DNA of 45,827 bases, filler included, from Jimgerdemannia flammicorona (lineage: Eukaryota): assembly GCA_003990765.1 (NCBI GenBank). It is 2 parts of 2 records of this genome, joined end to end, with 100 filler letters (N's around TTAATTAATTAA, not from the genome) between each part and the next. Parts side by side here need not be neighbours in the genome. Positions count along the whole stretch, not along the records: positions 22,971 to 45,827 come from RBNJ01001193.1; 1 more part is not named here. One strand, 5' to 3'. The translations under genes and the position numbers were made by a program. A model generated the notes under the pieces. That model was not told where the DNA came from. It searched no databases and saw nothing but the letters and a program-made list of their open reading frames with translations. This document shows, one piece after another, positions 35,380-45,827 of the stretch; position 1 is the stretch's first letter, and every line of letters starts with the position of its first letter.

Positions 35380-36946
35380 AAAAAGATATCCAGAATCAAT
35401 AATCTCCTAGACTAATTATAAGATACCAGATACTTTAGTAGTATAGACCTTTTTACAGAATTCTATGAGATTCTCATAGATCTTAAGAATATACAGAAAA
35501 CAGCCTTTCTTGTTCTAGAAAAACTGTTTAAATATCTCTGAATATCTTTTGAACTCTATAATATACCTCTCAACTTCTAGAGAATAATGAACTCAGTCTA
35601 TAGTCAACTGATCTACTACTGCCTAATTGTATATATATATAAATGATTCTAATATCTATATAGCAAATTTCAAAGAATACCTATACTATTTAGAAGAATT
35701 CTTCCAGCTTACCTATAAGAACCACCTGAGACTTAATACTAAAAAATATTACTTTGGAAAACAGATACTTGAATTCCCTGGATTCATAGTTACTAAAAAA
35801 GAAACCTATACAAATCTAAAGAAAACCAAGAAGATCAATAACTGACTAGTACTTAAGAATCTAAAGAAAATACTATTATTCTTGATACTAGTATCCTACT
35901 ATAGAAGATTTATCAAAGACATCACCTAAATTGCCACTCTAATTCTAACTCTTCTTAAGAAAAAAGTATCATATAAATAGATGAAACTATAAGAACTAGT
36001 CTTCAAAGAACTTAAGTATTATATAACTATAGTACTAATTCTTATATGACCCAACCTATTGAAGTCATTTATCTTATATACAGATATTTCTAAAGATAGC
36101 CTTAGACAAAAAAAGATCTGACCAATAGTACTATATAATAATCTATATAAGCCAAGCTACCAACCAACAGCAAACTAATTATAGTAATACCAAACTAGAA
36201 TATCTTATAGTTATATAGGTAGTTACTCTGTTCTTATCAGAAAAATATTCACTCTAATAATGACTATACTGTCCTCAAATAGCTGTTCAACTATAAGAAA
36301 TCTACTAGAATTCTTATCTGCTAGATCTGTTTCCTAAAGGATTACAAAATCACCATTATCTATAAAGCAGAGAAAGCTTATAATAATATTGATATACTTT
36401 CTTGCTAATCTAGATAAATCAGAAAAAGGGTATGCCAAAGAACTATATCTCAAAGAAAGCTCTCATAACTATCAAAGTATAAGAAGATCTCATCTGAAAA
36501 GAATACCAGAAAGCCCACCAAGAATAGGTAAATATAGAAGAGAGGCTGTGAACAATATATCAACATTAACTCAATCTCAGAATATAAGTAAGAGATATAA
36601 TTAAGAAATATAACACCTATCAGAAGTATGAAGGAAAGAAAAACTACCAAGTATTACTATAACTAATTAAACTATTAGATAACATCTTTTAGAGATGGGG
36701 AGTATATGTTATTAGACTCCTATTAGTTATATTAAGAAGAAATAAATATATTGTACTATTTATAAAATATTTGACTAAATGGCCCAAAGCTTTTTCAATA
36801 GAAATTACTAATATCTTAACTATTATTAGTCTACTATATAGTCTTACACTAAGATATAGACCTCTAGAAGAACTTATTTCTGATTAAGGTATAGAATTTT
36901 TTATAATATAATCATATGTTATATCTAAATTTACAAGATCTATCTC
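35380..36946 (+). pseudogene. Decayed Gypsy B-family pol (RT, RNaseH, integrase start)
   Basis: YPRINNLLD...FSSIDL...KTAF...IVYINDS...KYYFG; collinear with 5925-6296 and 10766-11335. Confidence 0.88.
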
Positions 36947-39900
36947 TTTTTTTTTTTTTTTTTTTTATAGTCACTTGGACTTCTACTATATTACCAATTA
37001 TCATCTAATCTATGTTATATTAATATAAAGGTACAAATATATCCTTTACTTAATCCCACATAGAACTCCCTCCCCTCTTCTCTCTCTATCTCCCTAGAGA
37101 GATATCAATCTCCTCTATAATCCCAACTCTCTTCCTACTCTTTCTGCAAATATATTCCACAAGTCTCCTACAGATTCTCCCTCCAGATCTATACCCCTAC
37201 CACCAACTATTCAGAATGTCTAGCAATAACTACTCTTACCTTACAACCCATGCCCCAAGCACCAAGTGCTGACCATTCTTGAATACACAAAGCCAATATC
37301 TAGTAAGCCCAATCTAAATAGCCAGAACTCACTCAAAAGTCAACTACTCATCTCCAACTTCTCTCACCAGCTCTGCTGAAGATCCCCCAACCTCTTATTC
37401 TCTATTCTCTACAAAGATTTCAGCCCCAGCTGGTCCTTAATAACTCTTCAAAAATCTTTCAAGACCCTATACTCCTCTAGCCAATACTCAGGGATCTGCA
37501 CTATACTCCCCTCCTGCTTAACATTAAGATACTTCTCACACTCCAAAGTACCTCCTTCTATCAAATGTCTTGACTAATAATTCAGTATCACATTGCACCA
37601 CAATAGCCTTCACTATATTACTCAGAACTTGGAGAAAAACTACCTCACTACCTACTTATACTAAGGCCAGATACTATTCCAGTCTCACTCTTCACCAATC
37701 CCTACCCTCTGTCAGATCTCTGGCCACAAATCCCTCCCATACTCCCACAGATATTCCATACTATCCTCTAAATGAAATTCATCCACTAGTGTACCCCTTA
37801 ATAGTAGGTAATTCCATCTTTACATCTGGGGTCCCCATTCTATCTTCCCCTTATCACTCCTCTATCTGAGTCTAATATGATAAACACTATCAACTACTCT
37901 CTACCAGAATCCTTTATAGCATATCTTCATACTCTCCTTAAGTGCCACCAGAGAGAGCAGGTCACTAGTTATGTCCTGGAGAGAGTACTGAACCTTCCAC
38001 ACTCTCTATATAAGGGGCACCTACTCCTGACTCTACAATTTGCTTGCTTGCTTTAGCCACCATGCTCTCAAACAGTGTAGGTACTTGGTAAAATCCACCA
38101 GGCCCAGCCCTTCTCTATCTACTAACAGCATCAATAGCTCTCAGCCAATCTGGCTCTACTACTCTGCCCAAATCCATGACCTGGCCATCTTAATCAGCCT
38201 TTTGACCACTCATGCTGGGAAGTTCAAGTGATATCCCAAATACTACAACTTAGGTGGCCAGTATATATTCAGCACCATCACTCTTCCTATCAGAGAGATA
38301 TATCAGCCACTCTACCTCAAGAGAATATCTCCACTCAAGTAGCTGCTGCTCCTACCAACTATAAGACAACAGAGAACCATATACTAAGAAATAAATTCCC
38401 AGGTAACAGACTGCTTCTCCTGTTGGGACAACTATCTCAGTCACATCTCCTCCTACTATTTCTCTATCTAGAACCAGAGTCTTATACTTGTGCCAATTGA
38501 GTTTAACATCTGAGCACCCCTCATACCATTCAACTGCCCTCTTTAGTGCTGCCACATTCTCCACAGAGCTCAGCCCAATCACCATATCATCAGCAAAGTC
38601 CCCAACTTTCCAGTTCACTCTCAGAATGTTCAACCCCCTCACCCTGAACTACATATATCCTATTTAACAAGGGCTCCAATGAGAGGGCATACAGAATCAG
38701 CAATAGTAGATCTCCTTGTGATACTCCTCTGCCCAGGGGGAAGGACTCTCCCCTATATCTATTCACCATAATAGCTATCTGACTCCCCTTCAACAGACTG
38801 ATCAACAATCTTTTAAACTCTGAGGGAACTCCCATTCACTTCAATACTCTCTCCAGCCATACCCACTGGACTCTGTCATAAGTCTTTTCTTGATCCAGAA
38901 AGACAAGTTGACTATCAACCCCAGCTGTATGAGCTCCTTCAATGACACTATAGATCCACACTGTCTTATCTCAGATTAAATGACCTCTAACAAAGCCCTA
39001 CTGCTCAGCCCCTAATACCTGCTGGGCCATTTCTTGTAATCTGACTACCAAAATCTTCATCACCAACTTATGATCCATAGCCAGAAGCATAATCAGCCTC
39101 CAGTTCTTCCAATTCTCTCTCTTTCTCTTGTTCTTGTATAATAGAGTTATAAGCCCTATACACTGTCTCCCAATCTAGGCCTCTGAGCCAATGATCTTAT
39201 CAAACATCTATACTATCTTCTCTAGTACAACCTCCATACCAACCATTTGCTTCCAAAAATTCTGTGACAATCTATCCTCCCTTGGAGCTGTCTCTATACT
39301 AGTTGTTGCCCAAACCTAACAAACCTCCTCTTCTCACACAGAGATTTCAAGTTTGCTCAGGCCTGCAGTCAAGTCTGGGTGCCAGTCCTCTAGCTGCTAT
39401 TCAATGTCTAGTATATCTTCACAACCCTCCTCCTCACTCCACAACTGCCTCCAGCAAGACTGTAGTAGGCCCAAGATCTCTGGTGTCCTAGTCACTATAT
39501 CTTCTACCTCATCCAATATTCCTTCCCACCTCTACCTCATCCTCCTTGCCTGAAGCAGTCTCAACAGAAACTTGGTAGATCTCTCCCCCTCCTTCAGACC
39601 CTACCACTACAACTATACCATCATCTCCTTCACCTGCAATTCCTTCTTCTGTCTAAGCAGTCTCTTCAGTTCTTCTATCTTCTACCAGATCTGTTGAGTC
39701 CTCTAATCACCTCTCTTACAGTTAGCCAATAATTGAGTCCATCTCTCCAGTAGTCTCTCCAATCTCTGTAAGGCCCACCTAATATAACTTCTCCTCTGAG
39801 CTCTCCTCTCTCTCCCAGCCTTACTCCAGTACTACTGAGTATCAGATTTCAACCACTGCCAATAGTCCCCAATCTCCAACCCCTGTGTCCTCCAACTAAT

Positions 39901-41161
39901 AATTCTAGTGCTAATATCTACTACCCATTTATCCTACAAGGTATGATCCCTCAGCAATGAAGTATTTAGACACCAATGTTCAGATCCTTCCCCACTACCC
40001 CCAAACCTCCCACTGCCCAGCAAACCCCAGTGATCAGACTAAGGGCACTATATGGTCTCTATCTCACTCCAGACATCTACTTCTCAGCACTCAGCAGTCA
40101 ATACCCAGTCAATTCTTGATCTTAACTCTGCCATCCAATGAGTATAGACCTAATAATCTCTCTACTCAAGTCACCCTGCATCTATCAGAGAACTCAATCT
40201 CTCAATCTCCTCCCAGTCTTCTATTCCTCCACTCCTATCTATCATCTCCCTCTCTCCATCTATCCTGTCTATCAGTTCATCATATATTATGTTAAAGTCA
40301 CCCCCCAGACAGTCAATCTCTGTAGCCACTATAATATCCTCCTCCTGCAGTCTCCTTATCCAATCCACATGCTCCCCTCTATCTGCTAAACAGTAATATA
40401 ACTCAACAGTCAAGGAGCTCTAGCTCAGCCTTCTCCACACTCCCCACATCAATCTGCCCTCTCAATATCCAATGTCTCCAATATTCCCCTTTTCCTTTCT
40501 AATCAAAATACCCACCCAACTCTGCCACACTACTATACCTCCCCATTTCCTCATCCAATTCTATAAGTCCAAGCCAGTATCATAGCCTATATCCATAATA
40601 AGAACAGATCTACATCCAGCTCATTCAATCAGTTGAAGATATTCCAACATCTCATTGTACCCCTTAAACCATTGATATTTAAAGAGAAGATTCTAGTTAT
40701 ACTATTTATATTAAATAATGTTTAGAGAGTAAGTGCCCACTCTATAATTTCATGTTTACCATATTATCAGCAATATCTAGATTTCTCTCTACCTTAAGCT
40801 TATCTGCCTCTTCCTGCTGAATATTCAGTTCATTCAAGATCTCCTAATAGTCTGCCCCATCTACTTCCTCTATGTCAGACCAGTAGTTCTCACACACCAC
40901 TTATCACTTCTCCAACCTCTTCCTAGATTTCTATAAATATATTACTTACTCATTTATGATGGTTAGGAGTACTACCTCTTTGGTATCATTTACCTCATAT
41001 TTCTCTGCCTCTAACAGAGCCACCAATAGTTCATTATGAAGTTTCTGAACCACCTCTTCTTCTTGCAGTATCTCACCCCAGTAGTACTTACTAAAATTCA
41101 CCTCTCCTAACTCATCTGCTGCAACATTTATCAATGTCTTTTACAGCCACTTCTCCTCCCC
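36947..41161 (-). mobile_element. Second, older LINE of the same family; ORF1 interrupted
   Basis: Same 3' end GTCCAAGTGACTAT(A)n; GVSQGDLL, DFADDMVI, LGGDFN, and APE N-terminus SLNING near 40670. Confidence 0.92.
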
Positions 41162-41262
41162 TATAGCAGTATTAGTATATATTTTGTAATTATTCAGATA
41201 GTAACTAAGATAGCAGCCAACTTATATAAAATATCTCAGAGATAAGTGTGACTAAGCATCAC
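41162..41262 (+). repeat. B-family LTR fragment
   Basis: Aligns to 24450-24540 and 12614-12690. Confidence 0.65.
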
Positions 41263-43925
41263 TTTATAGAGGACTGTGAGAAGTTGTTTTATACTATTCT
41301 AAAAGCATTAGCATACTTTATTTTATCTTAAACATTTTATATAAAATATATACAATATGTAAGTTCTGTCTAAGACTTGTATATGATATATTTTATATGT
41401 AAAACATAGTTATAATAAATGAATGTCTTGCTTCTATAAAGTCCTCTTAGCTATTTTGAAAGCTGGGCAGTTTGTCTCTTCTTATAATATAATTTTCCTC
41501 TAATTCTATTGAGTATGAATGATGAGTACCTATAATAGCAATAATGTGATTAGTTACTTTGGTCAAATATACTGAATTTCTCTAACAAGTTACCAAGACT
41601 ATCATGGTCAGCCTCTGCCCTCCTCTGCTAAATCTGATAATTACAACTGAGTATAAATGACAATATTATATCAATACCCTCTTCTTACATCACCCTAAGG
41701 AATATATCAGTACCCTCACTATTATAGAAGATAACTCCAATAGAATAGACCTCCATGATAATAAATCAGATAGCAGTGATGATGAATTCCTCATCATTAC
41801 CAAGACAAGAGATATTAGGCAATACTATATTCTTCTGACTTTTTCCAAGATAGTCTCTGATGAATACATCAAGACCAACCTTTCTACTACTAGCTTCTGT
41901 AAGCTCCTCTATCACAACTCTGAGTCCAGATGAGAGGTTTTCTATATCTCTTCTATCAATAATATCTTTATTGATAATTTCAGCAAGGTAGCCAAGGAAG
42001 CAGATAAGGTTCTTACAGATACCCAATGAGTGATTTATAATACTCTCTGATCTATTACCATTGTCCTCTATACCCTTGAACTATGGCCAAATAGTGCCAA
42101 TCTCCACTACCATAGGCTGGTCTATAAAGCTATCACTACTCTCCTAGTAGAGAAATTACAAGACTCTCTTCAGATTGACTTTTATGAAGCTAAATATATC
42201 TGGATCTGCTGATGTATTGAACTTGCAAGATCTGCCAGCTGGTCTCTCTCTCTTATCTCTGTCTATTATACCCTAGTCTCTAGGTTAGAAAATAACTATA
42301 ACCTCTTTGGCACTGAATTTATTCACTGCTTTCAGAAAGATTCCCAATATCAGAAATGCTGTCTCACTATGAAGGAGATATCCAAACTTCAAGAGCAAAG
42401 CAACTCATACTACTATAGTTTATCTTCCTCCAGAGACTGTAGCCAGGGAAATAGATCTTGGAGTAGCTACTACTCCAATCATCACTACATTATGACAACT
42501 CTTCAGAACCTCTTGCCCAGCCCAGCCAACAAAGGATGGTCCCCCTTACCCAGCCCAGCCAATAGAGGATAGTCTCCCTACTGAGTCCCAGCTTCAGGAC
42601 AAAGTATGCTGAACTCCATCACCTACTCCTAAAGACTCCACTATTCCACACAGTTACTCTCAAGATCTTGAATACTATTGCTAGAGTGGGAGTACATTTA
42701 GCCCAGGTCTCTGAGGCTATTTGGATGAATCTGTATATTGACTGCTGGACTACTGATACTGTCCTAGTAATACTCAGATCAAATAGGTGAACCTCCTGAC
42801 CCCCCTTCAATATCAGCTCCATTTCTTCTATAAAAAAGATATGTCCACAATAAAGAAAGCTCTGGTGGATATAGTAGTCACAAACTTTCAAGATAAGGAT
42901 ACCATCTATACTATCTAACTGAAGGAATAGCTCTTCTTCTCCAGTATCTTTACCATTCCTCAGATTGATAATTATTGTACCTATATCAATGTATGTTCAC
43001 TAAACAAATTTGTGAAGCAGTTGCACTTTAAGATAGAAAACATTCAAACTCTATAATATATAGTTCAACCTGGCAACTACCTGATCAAAATCAATATCAA
43101 GAATGCTTATCTTCATATCTCTCTTCATCCCACTGATCAATATCTCCTAGCTTTCCACTAGTAGTCAATCAACTGAAAATTCTGGATAATGCTCTTTGGT
43201 TTGATATCTGCTCTCCAAATATAGACCAAGATGATGGCAGTGATCCTGGCACTATTGTAGGAGTATAGAATTTACCTCACCTACTATATTGATAATATCT
43301 GCCTCCTGACCAGCTTCAGGGTCAAGGCCAGCAGATCATTCAGGACTATCTAGAGATACTGGGCTTTCTCTTTTATCTTATGAAATACAATTGGATATCT
43401 ATATAGAAAAAAACATTCCTAGAGTTCTTGGTTAATATGGTCAAGATAGAACTTTATCTTCTCCTAGATAAGGTATACAAGATTCACAAGAAGACCATGG
43501 CCCTCCTTCATTGGACCATGGTAGTTCCTATATGTAAGGTTGCTTCACTAGTTGGCCTTTATAATTTGATGATACAGATGGTCTTTCTGGCCTGTTTTCA
43601 GATCTGAGCCCTTATCTGGAACATTCAGGTCTTACTTCAGGCATTCAATAATAACTGGAGCAGCCTTATGACCATCTCCTTAACAGTCTGAACTGATTTG
43701 AGTTAGTGGTCTCACAAACTGTCAGGATAGAATAGTTGGTCACTTCTCATAGAATGCTCTGATATCATAATTGAGATGAATGTGAGCAACTTAGGTTGGA
43801 GTTTTGAAGTCATTATCTTACCAATAAACAGTGCTCTATATTATACATAGAGTTTATAAATACCCTTGAAATAGAGCTACTTAATCAATTATCATAAGCT
43901 CAAGATAGTACTCTTTACTCTTTAG
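41263..43925 (+). mobile_element. DIRS-type retrotransposon (gag-like region, RT, start of RNaseH), decayed; cut by the hAT insertion
   Basis: VGVHL..W, FFSSIFTIP, LNKFVKQLHFKIE (HFKME), INIKNAYLHI, MLFGLISA, YYIDNICL, IEMNVSNLGW (TDAS..GWG), LINYHKLK. Left boundary is approximate; tyrosine recombinase not in window. Confidence 0.85.
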
Positions 43926-44039
43926 TAGTGCTCTGAATGAGTCAATTCGAATCAAATCTGGATTTGATTTGTCACATGATGGTTTGATCTGAATCTCAAA
44001 TCTGAAGCCATCTGAATTAACTCAGATTAATTCAAATTT

Positions 44040-44370
44040 CCCCATCCAAATTGCCCCATCTGAATCACCCATCCAAACTACCTCAATCTGAATCACTCAA
44101 TCTGAATCACTCAATCCAAATCACTCAATCCAAATTACTCAATCCAAATTACTCAATCTGAATCCTCCAATCCAAATCCTCCAATTCAAATCCTCTAATT
44201 CAAATTCTTCAATCTGAATCCTCATCTGAATCCTTCAACTGAATCCTCCAATCCAAATCCTCCACATGACTCATATGCCAGATGTATCTACATACACAAT
44301 ACATACACATATATATACAATATATACACATGCACACACATATACATATAAACATACAAACACACATATT
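44040..44370 (+). repeat. 14-bp subterminal tandem array (AATCACTCAATCTG-like), then a CA/TA microsatellite
   Basis: Visible tandem units at 44040-44265; microsatellite about 44288-44368. Confidence 0.9.
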
Positions 44371-44374
44371 GACA

Positions 44375-45760
44375 GATCAGTCTTCAATAGTTCATAGTAC
44401 TGATGATGCTTCAAGTTAAACATCCCTGATAGTTCCACACCTTCTATGCAATTCTTGCTCTGAAATCTGACAATATTGTACTAAGATAGGAGATGATGTT
44501 GTTTGTAATTATTGTAGATAAAAAATTAAAATGCACCTATTGACTTGTTTGATACACACATGATATTATTTCATCCACCCCTATAAACTGCACTAGTCAG
44601 ATGTTCAAAATGCTTGGTAGTACAACTTTGAATATGAATCGACACATAAAAGACAAGTACTCTGACAAAATCAAAAAGAACATAGAGACAAATTAAATTG
44701 ACATCTAAGCTGTAGTGGGTTTATCTAATTGCCCAACTATTTCTGTACCAATAATGCTGTTTAATCAAAAATATTTAGCCATACTCTTTAGCAGAATTTC
44801 GAAATCAGCTCATTCACTAGATTGTGTATATAGACCAGCTATTCACAACTATCAAGAGTGATCAATTGTATAGCATCTTTGGCCTCCTCAAGCATGATTT
44901 ATATTTGCCAAGTACTGATACTATTCACAAAGATGTCCTGGAGGCCTATAGAAAGGAGCATGACAATCTCCACCAAATATTTCTGGTAAAATAAGGGCAG
45001 CACCATGACCTTTGCAAGCTGAATTATATAAAAGAGCTCACTAATTTAACCTTACATTCAATAAGCAGAATTTGGCAGGCAAAATTTCGTTTATGATTGA
45101 CATATAGATATCCCCCAATGCAATTTCATTTCTGGGCATTACTGATTTGGATTGACCTCAATTGACAGCTTAAATCTCTCACCCTTGACTTTGTCAAACT
45201 TGCTGGCCCTCATTCTGGAGATAACATCACAGATGCTTTTATTAGTTGTATCTGAGAGCTTGGGATCACAACCAAGGTAAAAAAAGGGGGGCTTGCCATC
45301 AGGTTGGTATTTTGAGGGAGGTCCTTAAACAAAACAAATTTTATTGGTTATTTATTTTTGCAAAATTTGTCGACTGAATATTTCAAGTACAGATTTTGGC
45401 CATTATGCCACAAACAACTCAACATTTTTCCAAGTTTTAGCAGTCAGCCTCAAATAGGAAAATGTGGCCTTTAGTGCAGAAAGCTACTGTGTATGATACC
45501 AGGCCCATATACTGAACCTTGCTATTCAGGACTATCTTATGCATGTAGACAAAACATCTGAGAGAGGAGGGGCTCTGAGTATAATTTCCAAGCTGTGTAA
45601 ACTGATTGTATCAGTCTGATCATCTTCACAATGATGAGACAAATTTACTACACAGTGTAGGGCAATCTGTTTAACCCCAAAAGAGCTTATATTGGACATC
45701 TGTATGTATTGGAACTCAACATTTGCAATGATCCAGTGTGTGCTAGAGTTTGCTGTAGTA
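44375..45760 (+). pseudogene. hAT transposase with BED finger and introns
   Basis: SEI*QY...VCNYC...NMNRHIK; KISFMIDI*ISPN..FLGIT; GPHSGDNI; QAHILNLAIQ; LILDICMYWNSTFAM; GT-AG introns 44986-45068 and 45277-45392. Confidence 0.88.
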
Positions 45761-45827
45761 TGCATTCTTTTTTTCTTTTGTCAGCTGAAGCAACTTGTTT
45801 CAGATGATAGAAGATTTATTTAAAAAA

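Larger units (their letters stand above)
43926..45827 (+). mobile_element. hAT (Ac-like) DNA transposon, left part
   Basis: TIR TAGTGCTCTGAATGAG, subterminal array, transposase remnants. Confidence 0.92.

Noticed and set aside
42513..42580. 33-bp tandem duplication in the DIRS gag region
   Set aside because: Ordinary local duplication with no further signal.
44040..44265. Regular repeat array as CRISPR or telomere
   Set aside because: No unique spacers or cas genes; it lies just inside a hAT TIR, as subterminal repeats do.

Overview
Gene-free eukaryotic window made almost entirely of nested transposable elements. It is probably fungal: short GT-AG introns in the hAT transposase and fungal-type element families point that way, though this is inference. 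Left of the assembly gap (22871-22970) lie a young dUTPase-carrying, non-autonomous Ty3/Gypsy element (A), a decayed Gypsy (B1), an apparently endonuclease-less Penelope-like element with a palindromic end, a fold-back hAT MITE, an old A-family LTR, a decayed Gypsy (C) and a structurally complete Ty1/Copia. Right of the gap lie a second B copy, a decayed Copia, two L1/Tx1-type LINEs, a DIRS-type retroelement, a second MITE and a hAT transposon. All coding regions carry stops or frameshifts, mostly from C>T/G>A decay that hits CpG in young copies and extends to CpA/TpG in old ones. The most unusual items are: (i) element A, one reading frame of pre-Gag/Gag/dUTPase/protease/chromo stub with RT-RNaseH-integrase removed in frame and an almost ATG-free 960-nt coding leader; (ii) the Penelope-like insertion, built of two opposed 3' ends joined at a 14-bp internal inverted repeat. 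All calls come from reading and translating by eye; no searches were run.
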